From Catajapyx aquilonaris (lineage: Eukaryota), in the NCBI GenBank assembly GCA_000934665.2, contig JYFJ02002900.1, positions 1 to 49,169 of the forward strand: a stretch of 49,169 nt of DNA, written 5' to 3'. This document shows positions 38,901-47,725 of this stretch, one piece after another. A program made the position numbers and the translations under genes. The notes beneath the pieces are model-generated. The model did not search any database. It was not told the DNA's origin and saw only the letters and a program-made list of their open reading frames with translations. Within the stretch, counting starts at the first letter, position 1. Every line of letters begins with the position of its first letter.

Positions 38901-38926
38901 TCGAGAGTGACAAGGAGGGGAAATGA
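15512..38926 (+). CDS. Eaat2: SLC1-family excitatory amino acid transporter, insect Eaat2-like; 11 coding exons, about 520 aa (join 15512-15596,17123-17248,19833-20040,24633-24675,26645-26751,27856-28002,28102-28335,31289-31483,33920-34054,34113-34299,38831-38926)
   Basis: Manually spliced: every intron is GT..AG with compatible phase, total 1563 nt. Motifs include [40 protein letters not shown] (HP1), [18 protein letters not shown] (TM7) and [19 protein letters not shown] (TM8). The [10 protein letters not shown] and ASTAAALP variants match my recollection of Drosophila Eaat2. The last exon is less certain than exons 2-10. Confidence 0.92.
17123..17248 (+). CDS. Eaat2: EAAT exon 2 (VSLRPLELG...[25 protein letters not shown])
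   Basis: Polypyrimidine tract and ccag acceptor; donor gtaact; conserved TM2 motif. Confidence 0.95.
19833..20040 (+). CDS. Eaat2: EAAT exon 3 ([20 protein letters not shown]...ILDSFLDLG)
   Basis: tttag acceptor, gtgagt donor; TM3 and D-x-FLDL motif. Confidence 0.95.
20659..20750. mobile_element. Short TA-flanked MITE (same TIR family as 38249-38580)
   Basis: ta|caatgctggacatatta...taatatgtccagtactg|ta. Confidence 0.75.
20884..20967. mobile_element. pogo/Tigger-like MITE, 84 bp
   Basis: ta|CAGTTGAATCCGGATATAACAG...CTGTTATATCCGGATTCGACTG|ta. Confidence 0.85.
24633..24675 (+). CDS. Eaat2: EAAT exon 4, 43 nt ([15 protein letters not shown])
   Basis: tttcag acceptor, gtaagc donor; matches the conserved RNxxPxNxxQAxFQQ motif; not in the ORF track. 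Confidence 0.93.
25652..25714. repeat. (AAT)n microsatellite
   Basis: Direct reading. Confidence 0.95.
26645..26751 (+). CDS. Eaat2: EAAT exon 5, extracellular loop ([35 protein letters not shown])
   Basis: cacag acceptor, gtaagt donor; phases 0 and 2 bridge exons 4 and 6; contains an N-G-T glycosylation sequon as expected for this loop. Confidence 0.88.
27856..28002 (+). CDS. Eaat2: EAAT exon 6 ([16 protein letters not shown]...MRVVKGMM)
   Basis: aacag acceptor, gtaagc donor; G-x-N-x-LG motif. Confidence 0.95.
28102..28335 (+). CDS. Eaat2: EAAT exon 7 ([15 protein letters not shown]...RRNPFRFY...TAFATAS)
   Basis: Follows a 99-nt intron; ctccag acceptor, gtgagt donor; TM5-TM6-HP1. Confidence 0.95.
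31289..31483 (+). CDS. Eaat2: EAAT exon 8 ([10 protein letters not shown]...NMDGTALYV...GELVTV)
   Basis: tccag acceptor, gtgagt donor; NMDGT motif. Confidence 0.96.
31670..31835. mobile_element. pogo/Tigger-like MITE, 166 bp (same family as 20884-20967)
   Basis: ta|cagttgaatcctgatataacagacttcaagg...tatatctggattcaactg. Confidence 0.82.
32861..33228. mobile_element. TA-flanked Tc1/mariner-type MITE with about 150-bp TIRs
   Basis: Arms about 32861-33008 and 33081-33228; TA on both sides; mirror ORFs in the track. Confidence 0.9.
33920..34054 (+). CDS. Eaat2: EAAT exon 9 ([44 protein letters not shown])
   Basis: cacag acceptor, gtaagt donor; HP2 and start of TM8. Confidence 0.95.
34113..34299 (+). 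CDS. Eaat2: EAAT exon 10 ([27 protein letters not shown]...NRSKV); reads through to TAG at 34315-34317 if unspliced
   Basis: Follows a 58-nt intron; catag acceptor; candidate donor gtgagt at 34300, phase 0. Confidence 0.9.
35891..36618. mobile_element. Tc1/mariner-type non-autonomous element (CAGGGTG termini, TA TSD, about 160-bp diverged arms)
   Basis: ta|cagggtgatcgaaaa...ttttcgatcaccctg|ta; arms pair out to gagcttcatttgtcgct / agcgacaaatgggagctc. Confidence 0.85.
36651..37807. mobile_element. 1.16-kb foldback element with GGG termini and TTTT flanks (Sola2-like)
   Basis: tttt|gggcgattccaggagagatcatgcaaa...tttgcatgaactgtcctggagtcgccc|tttt; highly similar inner arms about 36802-37174 and 37271-37638. 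Confidence 0.85.
38249..38580. mobile_element. TA-flanked near-palindromic MITE, 332 bp
   Basis: ta|cagtgctggacatattagccgtcgctgaatg...cattcagcgacggctaatatgtccagcactg|ta; arms about 150 bp. Confidence 0.92.
38831..38926 (+). CDS. Eaat2: Putative EAAT terminal exon 11 ([31 protein letters not shown])
   Basis: Strong acceptor (ttttctcctcgtctgttacag), open in phase 0 for 31 codons, low-complexity tail-like composition; AATAAA at 39503, 39859 and 39947. Confidence 0.65.
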   Translation, partial: DSQSNGLSHLGDSQVPTPPEVVIVESDKEGK

Positions 38927-40372
38927 AGACTGATATATATTTTTTTTCTTCTTCTCCTTCGAGTACCGTTATGGTGAGAAAATAATCTCATGCAGTCAGG
39001 CAGAATTAGATCATATCCGCCCTCGTAATAATAACAACCCAACCAAATACACACACGGTATATCTACCCCAAGTTTTCACTCTGTCGACTGCCGTTTTTT
39101 TCTACACCAAGCCCTCCAGATGATCATGAAAAAATATTTGTAGTGTTGTCGGGCCAATTCAGCATTTTGTACAATTCTCAGGTACAAATTGCAAGCAGGT
39201 ATTAGAATTTTCCTCTTTTTTTCCTCCCAATTTTTGTCATGCAGAAACATAACGTAACAGTTAGTTTCATTGTACGCATGTGTGGAAGCGTAAATTATCT
39301 TCAATTCCTGAGACGCGCCATTTTGCTCCCTGATGGTATTTTACCCCCCCCCCCCCCCACCCCNTAAGCCACTGCAATTATCAAAAAAAAAAGTGTGGCA
39401 GTAAGTTAGTTACAAGGCTCGTGAACATCTGTCTCAATAGAAGACGAATCTTCGCCTGTCGTTACTAAAAATTATTCCCCCGTCGGCGTATGTTGAACGA
39501 GAAATAAATAATATTATATGGCACAATCATAGCGCCTAATGTATTGGCCTGATATGAAAGACACCATCTTGAGTCCGTCGCGGTGAAAATTTTTCTATAC
39601 TCGAATGGTGCCTTTGAATGGAATATCCACATCTGGTGTGGTTAATTCCTGACAATATAATTCTAACGTGTATGATTCCACTTCCACTGCAGTATTTACT
39701 ACCCCAGGGACACATTTTGACCCATGCATGCTTCATAGACGAAAGTACAGACATATAATCCGGACAACTCCACGAGTTTAAAAAAAATTAATATTGTACC
39801 CCTTTATTTCTCTCCCTATACGGACTGTATTCATCCTGCCCAGGTCACTTTTTTGTTGAATAAATGAAAAAAGACGTGGCGGTTAGAAATCTACCGTACA
39901 TTATATTCCCCTGTACATAGTCCAATATTATGTGTACCTGTTGTGTAATAAAAGTTTTGTATTAGACTGAGAAGCGCATACAAGTGAATTCCGCAAGGGA
40001 AGCATCTCTAATTCAATGTATGGGGCATCTGAGCAAAAAGGCAAAAGTGTTATTACAGTGAAATCTGTATATGACGAAGCCATCTTGGACGAAGCCTGCT
40101 GGATATAGCGGAAACGTCTCAATTACGAAAATCTTTATTTGGTTCCCGGATAGTATTTTGAACATTACTATGAAAATTCAGCTTGTTTAGCGAGGAAAAT
40201 ATTCAAGGAACGAACCGATTCTGCTATAAACAGAGTTCATTGTAGACATTAACATATATTTAAGTCTATGTACTTATTATAATTGGTGATCATTTGTGTT
40301 AGTCATCCAAAAGTCATTGATAAATAGGTCATGATTGGGAAAGCTTCTCTGCAAATTCAGTGTTTCATTTCA

Positions 40373-40983
40373 CTAGACCTTTTTACACAGTTTGATACAT
40401 CCGTCCCTGCAGCACTTGTAATTGTTCACGCAGTTGTAATCGTCGTGACATGTGGTAACGTGATTGAAGACGCATGACCAAGTCCACGGAGAGGTCGGTG
40501 GGCATTCTCCTGTATGCTTCACTTCGTCCGGTACAGCAACGTAGTCCTCCGGTTGACACATTTGGTACGTACAAATATCCGTTTCAGGGGTGGCTCCGCA
40601 GAAGCAAGCATTGCACGAATCCTTACTGTACACGGTGCCTTTCACACAGTACGCTGTAATATATGAATGCATCACTATACCAAGAGTTGTTCGGCGTAAA
40701 AGTGATTCAGGTCCCAAACACACGCGAAAATGGAACATGTGCAGAAATATTAGCCAGAACAGTATATGCCGCGGGACTTGATAGAATTTTTAATTCTCTT
40801 CGTAAGTATAGCTATTCCGGTCTGAACTCCTTTCATGCTGGTTAATTGCTACTAAATTCCCAACTGATTAGAATGAAAATAGATTGTAGATTCGTAATTA
40901 CCTGGACGCTGAGACTTGGACGTCGTGCCATAAAATGCGAGAGTGAAACTTAATAGCAACCAGCACCTTACTGGCACATTCAT
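40373..40983 (-). CDS. Secreted 120-aa cysteine-rich protein: signal peptide + pacifastin-like domain + WAP (four-disulfide core) domain; join complement(40902-40983,40373-40653)
   Basis: Exon 1 MNVPVRCWLLLSFTLAFYGTTSKSQRP with phase-1 donor gtaatt; 248-nt intron; in-frame ttacag acceptor. Exon 2 has C-x10-CNAC-x-C-x8-CTYQMC, then KHTGECP..C..C..D..C....KCC.DGC...C (8 Cys). Minus-strand AATAAA at 40134-40139. Confidence 0.88.
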
Positions 40984-41012
40984 GATGTCTCCAATATGAT
41001 TATGAAAACGAT

Positions 41013-41043
41013 AGTGACACCTCGTCATCATGTACCGTATATA
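41013..41043 (-). promoter_or_regulatory. Candidate core promoter of the pacifastin-WAP gene (TATA + Inr-like)
   Basis: Minus-strand TATATA (41043-41038) lies about 28 nt upstream of TCACT (41017-41013), which is about 30 nt before the ATG. Confidence 0.45.
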
Positions 41044-41580
41044 AACCTCGAAATCAATCTGCATGGGTGGAGCTTCAACAGGAAATGTGTAATATATGGG
41101 GTTCTTAAAATATTCCCCTTTCACCACACATCAGTAGTTCAATACTCGTGGATGACAAAGGAAGACAAGTTACCATATAGGATAATATTACGAAATGTCA
41201 ATAATTAGCATGTGACAGGGGTATGAATTAGTATTGTGAAAATGTCAATTATATCCATCCTGTTTGCTTATGTGAATCATAATTGCACCAGTACACGTGA
41301 CGAAAATGAGAAACAGCGGCATGACAACAGCTTATTTGCATTAGGACCCACTGTCAGTAAATAAACGCCAAACGCGGAAGAAACATCATTATGAATGAGG
41401 AAATAAGCATATGAGCTTATGCATCAGTCTAGTGACAAATGTTTTTTCATTGCGCCACGTCGGACAGAAAACATCTAACTTATCGTACAGTTTAATTTTT
41501 TTCGCCACGAAGCATTTGTCAGTTCAGGTATACATGATTGCTGCTTGCAAAAAAAAAAAAACTGTAGATATAGTATCATA

Positions 41581-43050
41581 CTAGCAGGATACCCGGCGTT
41601 GCTCGGGTTATGAAATACTTTTCCATAGGAGTGACTCATTGATTTGGTAGAAACCTTTGCAATAATTACGCAATATTTGGTATGGCCAATTACGTTCATA
41701 ATTGCATAGATGAAGCGTGTTGTCTCGAAGCTTCAACACCAAATCCCTCTTATTGCCATGCTCCTGACCACTCATGATGACAGCAATCTCATTGCAAGAA
41801 GGTTGATTGAATCGACCACGATGCTCGCCTTGTGGTCGCTTGTCTGCATCGATGACCAAGTCAAATTCCAGAGGAGGAGGACTCTCAAGTGCCAAGTTTG
41901 AAGCTCTTGACATAAGTATGAGTGGAATGGATCATCTCCTGAAGTTGCAGTATGATGTGGAGGCATGTGCCGTTTAAGTAGGTGCAACGGTATCCCGCCT
42001 GCTGTTGCATGTTCCCCACGAAGTAAAGCTGCAGAAACCGCGGACTCTGATTTTCTGAAGGAAGGAGTGATCCCATGCGATGGTAAATTTGCCCTTGCAC
42101 TTTGAATGTAGGCATGAAGCCCCCTTCTCTTGCAACGTTGGCCCCAAAAGATGTCATCTGGAAGGCCAAATTGTAATTTCTGATGGTCTTCAGGAAATGT
42201 TTTGAATCAGACAATGTACCTGAGAGGAGCATTTTAAGTAGCTGTGGGGGCTCAGCCAGTAGAGGAAATCTAACCTTTCCAATGGAGCAACAGATCGTTT
42301 TTGTTTCACCCTTCCACTTTTTTGCCTGACAATGGTGGCATCCCTCTGACATAGATCCTATTGCAACAACACCGACAGAAGAATTATTGTCAATGTCTGC
42401 TGAGTAGTGGAAAGCGGCATGTATAGGAGGTGGGTTGATGAAAATGGAGCTAATCTCCGACTGATGGCCGCGTTTCTCATAGAGTGGAGACATGCTTGGT
42501 GTTCTTCCTCAGTCTCTTGGTCCCTCATCCTTAGCCGAACTCTGCGTGTATCCAATGCGCTTCTGCCAATGCTGCTGTGTTTTAGGCCCATCTTAAAGTC
42601 TTTGGGGTGTTGAGAATGTGGAGGTCCAAACGTTACAAAGTGAAAAAACAAACAATGCAAAAAAAAAGTTTGAAAACTACTGTACATGACACAGTACCTA
42701 CGTAGACCACATTATGCCACACCGTGTACACGTAATACCATTGTACACATTATACCACACCTTATACCTTTATACCACACCTTAAACACGTTAAACCACA
42801 TCCCACAACGACTTTTGAATATTCATTGAGAATGTGGAGGTCCAAATTTTACAAAGGGGGGAAAAAACAAATAAAAGCAAAACGATTGAAAACTACATGA
42901 CACAGAACGTAACACAGTTCGGAACAGGAGAATTCCGACAAAAAGCACATGACACAGTACGTAGAGGAAAAGGTATGACAGAAAAAGTACGCCAAGAAAA
43001 TCCCGACAGGCTGCCTGAGCGAACAACCCAAAACCGCTATTCATACATAC
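41581..43050 (-). mobile_element. Internally deleted Helitron
   Basis: Minus-strand 3' end: hairpin ACCCGAGCAACGCCGGGT followed by CTAG|T at 41581; RepHel N-terminal remnant on the same strand; 5' end approximate. Confidence 0.85.
41700..42591 (-). pseudogene. Helitron RepHel N-terminal fragment (frameshifted, truncated before the Rep catalytic motifs and helicase)
   Basis: MGLKHSSIGRS...ETEEEH; CHHCQAKKWKGE..ICCSIGKV; IRNYNLAFQMTSFG; FKVQGQIYHRMGSLLP; EHRGRFNQPSCNEIAVI, spread over three frames. Confidence 0.88.
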
Positions 43051-43371
43051 AGCGCATTTGTACCACCAGCACGAACCCTGGGCCTGCCCCGAGGCCGTAG
43101 CTGGACCGTGCCACCGTGCCTATAGGATAAACATGGAATAAGATACCAGTATAGTGGGATATGGAACTCTTTGAATATTACGAACAAAACGTGATCATCG
43201 CCCAATTACACCAGTAGTCTCGTAACCAAGGCAACAGTGTGTAATAAATTCCAAATTGGAACAATAAAGTATGCAACCAATGTGAGTGAAAAGACACTGA
43301 CCAAAGTACAGCCACCACGTAGAAATGTAATGACACTGAGGGGCTGGAGGAGGTGGTGGCAGGGGGGAGGG

Positions 43372-43375
<4 letters not shown>

Positions 43376-43417
<42 letters not shown>
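43376..43417. repeat. (AG)n microsatellite
   Basis: Direct reading. Confidence 0.95.
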
Positions 43418-43421
<4 letters not shown>

Positions 43422-43752
43422 GGAAGGAATATGGTTTCCAGGGCAACTGAACAGCATTATTAGAACACAGGGGGCCAACATCCGAAGTTCTTTTCGCCTC
43501 CTGGGGCCAAGGATGACCTCGGAGGTAAATTCCAATGTGCCTATGACATTCCCAGTAAAAAACTACCCCTAGTGAAACCCCTGGGGCATATGTCGGGGCG
43601 TCCGTATGGATTTGTATAGCGAATAAGAGGAAAGACAGAGGGACAGACATACGTCGAGAAATATGTATTAGATTACTGATATTGGACACAGATTTTGATA
43701 TCATAATTATGCAGCTCACGGCATTCATGAAAATACGGCATTAAACTAACGG

Positions 43753-43764
43753 ATAATAATAATA

Positions 43765-43834
<70 letters not shown>
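43753..43834. repeat. (AAT)n microsatellite
   Basis: Direct reading. Confidence 0.95.
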
Positions 43835-43835
<1 letters not shown>

Positions 43836-44636
43836 CAGCATGAGATTTCGAATACGGTACTTAAGGTCGGGATCGGTCGGGAAAACTTGCTCACCAGATG
43901 GAACGACTGCACACGAGTGTTCCTGTTCTTCGCACAAAAATGTCTTACATTATAAAGAAACTTACTTAAAAACTGATTTATTTTGCAGAAGTTTATTAAT
44001 ATGTGACATCCGCGCTTCATATGTAGTGAATGTAAGTGATCAAAGGAATTATTCAAGCTTCCCAGCAGTTGAATGTCGTCGTCGAGTAGCAGTTATAATA
44101 TTCAACTGCAGCGTTAATAGTAGTTACTCTAACAAAACAGCTTTGAGTAGTCAAATCTAATAGCTATTAAGGTAAGGGTACCAGTATTCCCCAGTGTCCA
44201 TATATTCCCAAACTTAGACTGGAAAGCTAAAAAAACAACAAAAAAACAAGGCAGCGCGGAAATCTCGCATGGAAGTACAACATACTAATATGGCAACATG
44301 TCCCATATTCTTGGGTGCCACCATTCGTGACCTACTTTGTGAATATATCAGAAGCAGTTGAAATAGTGGGCTCTGATTTTTGAGGAGAAGCGGCGCTTTT
44401 CTTGCCAGATTGGTTAAGCGGTAAGTAGAAAACAAAACCTTACATATAACGAAATGGAAGAGTTTGTTTCGGGTTTTTTGAGTGGAAAAGGAAGTAAATG
44501 TTTTAAAATATTATTGTCAAATTTGATGTCATGTTGGGTAAATCTTATGTAAAGAAAGTATTAGCTGGGTTGTGGATTACTGGAACCAAAAAACCGCGAT
44601 GTTGCAATAATCTCGACTTTGTGGCAGTCTGCCTAT

Positions 44637-44994
44637 TGTAGTGGCTGCTGCCAACAGAGGGCAGCACTGTGGATAGGGTGGGGAGCCACCTGGCGGATGT
44701 TGAGGGAAGGTGAAGAGACGAGGCGAGGAAAGGGAACAGGGTGGTTGGGTGGGAGGTGACCTCCTGGTGTCCTGTGGCTGGGGGGCCGTTGGGCCCCATG
44801 CCCTGTGCGTAAGTGTTCTGTGTGTATGCTGGGTATGATTGTGAGTGTGCAATAAACAGTTTTATACAGGAACTGTGTGACTCCTTTGTCTGAGGTGAGT
44901 GGGAGAAACGAGAAAGGGGTCGGGGCTAGGCCTGGTGAGTGTCTGGGTCTGGTCCCATGTGTCGTGCCCTCTTTAGCCGGGCGGGCACGTCACA
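44637..44994 (+). mobile_element. 5' LTR of an LTR retrotransposon (Gypsy-like)
   Basis: TGT...ACA ends (start could alternatively be 44548); AATAAA at 44851; immediately followed by a PBS. Confidence 0.7.
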
Positions 44995-44995
44995 T

Positions 44996-45015
44996 TGGCG
45001 CCCTTAACGTGGGTC
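44996..45015 (+). promoter_or_regulatory. Primer-binding site complementary to tRNA-Lys(CUU)
   Basis: TGGCGCCCttAACGTGGGtC versus canonical TGGCGCCCAACGTGGGGC (2-nt insertion, 1 mismatch), 1 nt after the LTR-terminal CA. Confidence 0.78.
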
Positions 45016-46550
45016 TATTACCTCGGGTTTTTTTTAAAGCCCGTGGTGTAGCATTTGCACGGACCCGGGGCGAACAGTTCAGACTGTTGCCCGTGGCGTG
45101 CGTGGGAGTCCACCGATTTGGTTAATCGTGGGACTCGCGCTGTGCTACAGCGCCACCCAGCGGTGCAAGGGTACCGCCAGTTCATCACTGGAGGTACCGG
45201 GGTGCGCCCCGCCTCGGTGGAGGTGTGGTGTGCGCCCCAGGGGCCAGCCCTCAGGTGGGCGGGTGAGCGAGTCGCCCCCGGGAGCGGCCAGGGGGCTGTG
45301 GGGGTGGACGAGTCACCGCCCACTGCCTTTGAGGAGAAGGCGAAGGCTGGCTTGGTTGTTTGGGTGACTTGTTGCGTCATCCAGGCACACCCAGGAAGGT
45401 GCAAACGTCCATTTCATTAGTGGTTTTGACCTTCCTGAACTTCATGTCATTTTTCTGTAAATGAGATGCAGTGCGTTAAATCCCCCCTTCCGGCCATTTT
45501 GTGAGACAAAAGAGAGCCGGATGGCCATGTTGAGACATGGCGAAGGTAGTCGATGTTTTTGCTCGCCTGGTTTTTCTGGTTGCCAGGCGGGGTTAGGGCG
45601 TCGACATGTGGGGTGATGAGTTCGACTGGTGCGATCGAGTAGTTCCTCCTGGTGCCAGTTTTGGGTAAACTGGTACTGGCGGCTTTTATGAAAGCCGTGG
45701 AACTCGGGCTTCTGCGTTTCAGGACAACGTAAGAAGCGGAGGGCGGCATGTTTTGAGTTCGGCATGCCCTTCCTCCCCTTTCGGGTGTTTTGCCTGTTTT
45801 GGCGCCCTTTAGTTTTGCTGTCATGGGGGTGACTCCTATTGCTTGAATAGGAGCTCGGCCACTATGGAGTTGCTGGCAATGGACTTGTTTGTTGTGCATT
45901 GTTAGCAGCTCAGAGGTGCTTGCCTTGGGTTGTTTCTTTTGTTGATTTTTTTCGATAATTGATTTGGTATGGCATACTTTTGTTGGTGTAGTGTGCAACA
46001 ATGGTGGCAACATTTTTTTTCTTTGAGTTTTTTTTTGTGAGTGAGCCCATTGTAAGACCTCGTGACCAGCAGTGTGCATGCGGAAACTTTGTGAACTTTT
46101 TGAACCTTTTGAACTTTTTGAACCCACGTGTGAGGTGTTTTTGTGGCGGTTAACCCATCCTTTTCCTCCCAATTTCCCCTCCCATTCCCAAGTTAATCCT
46201 TTTGGCCCTGTGTTGGTGCTGGCAAAAGGTCGACTTCTGTAACATCTTGGTGTGGTGATGGACAGTTCGTGGCGACACTGGGGCTGGTGACCTCGTCGCA
46301 TGCTTGGCGGCCATGGTCGGGCCAGCATGCGGGTGCAGGGGCGCCCGTTGGCCGTGAGTACACCGGCGATGGACTGTTGGTGTGCTGCGCGGAGGTGCCT
46401 GACATGTTACCGGTCAGGATGGACGTAGGTGCGCCGCCGCGCCGGTGGAGGTTCTGTCTGGACTCTGACCTGGCTCTGAAACAGATGTTGTGGGTGGTGG
46501 CAGCCCAGCAGGGGGACCCAGGCTGTCCGGCAGTAGTAGTGAGCTTATGC
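45016..46550 (+). mobile_element. Decayed internal region of the LTR element
   Basis: Only short pol-like words (GYRQFI, AFEEKAK, AHPG, VVDVFARLVF); no intact gag/pol; no 3' LTR found in the window. Confidence 0.4.
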
Positions 46551-47725
46551 TAAGTCCTGGCTCATTTGACCTAGGGAGCTGATTTCCCGCGAGAGGCGCC
46601 ACCGTCTATGCGGGTTAACATGGGATAGCGCCACTGCGGCCAATTCCCGCCCTATGCCAAGTGAGCCAGGACGCAGCACGAGTTTGGAGGAAACCCGAAC
46701 GAAGCCCTCCGATCGGCCCAGCCGGAAATTACAGCGCTGCCTGCGCTGAACCCCTGCGGAAAAACCCGGCAGCTGTGGCAGCACCGACTATGCGAATCCC
46801 AACGTTAAATCGTGCCAGCAGAGGGCGGCACCGCCACCCCCCCCCCCCNCCACCGTCTATGCGAGTTTAACATGGGAAAGCGCTACTGCGGCGGTTTCTG
46901 TAACTAGTAAATATGCGTGGGAAGAGTCTCCAGCCAATCAGGAGGCTCGCCGAGAAGCTACGCTTTGAAAAGCAGCGGCGGCCCCCGCGGCAGTGGCAGC
47001 ACCGTCGCCCGAGTTGGCGAAATAAAAATCCGCAGCGCCGAGGCGGGCTGGAACCCAGGGCCTCCCGATTAGGATGACGTTGCTCTTAGGATCACGGCCA
47101 AGACCGCATGCCTGTAAGAGAGGTGCTGGGAGGCGCCCTATAAGCAACCACCACCACCACCACCACCACCACCACCTGGTCCTCCCACCACGGGGCCCCC
47201 CAGGGCCACCGTAGGGAAAATTTGGCATTGCCCTAAATTCCCCTAAATTCCGATCACGTGACGTGGCACAATTTGGCAGGTCCAGAATATCAGTGGGCCG
47301 GTGGGAAGGTCCCGAAAAAAATACTTGGGGGAGCGGCGGGAGATTCGAACCACATACTTGCCGCGCGAGGATTATAAGGGGAAAACTAATATACTTGCCG
47401 CGCGGATTATATAAGTTGGGGATGTTGGCCCTCCCACGGCCCCAGGCCCACACACCCCAGAAAAAAAATTGTCGAAATTCCGATCAAGCGGTACGTGCAG
47501 TGCAATGCATAACAGAAATAATAATTATTCGCGCCAGCAGCAGCAGCAGCAGCTAGCATATTATTATTCAGCCAGCTGGCACCAGCTGAACAGCAAGCAC
47601 ACGTGCTCGGCGAGCGAGCGAGCGCACGTGTATCATACCAGATGGAGGAGGTGCATTCCTGCCACTAACCAGAGCTGAAGGACGGGTTTAAGCGCTACTT
47701 GGGGGGAGCAGCAGCAGCAGCAGCN

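Noticed and set aside
40654..40738. N-terminal part of the tracked 121-aa ORF as coding sequence
   Set aside because: Lacks a signal peptide; better explained as intron, given the in-phase upstream signal-peptide exon
45447..46328. 293-aa minus-strand ORF, the longest in the window
   Set aside because: No recognisable domain, low-complexity composition, non-ATG start, antisense to the LTR/PBS orientation
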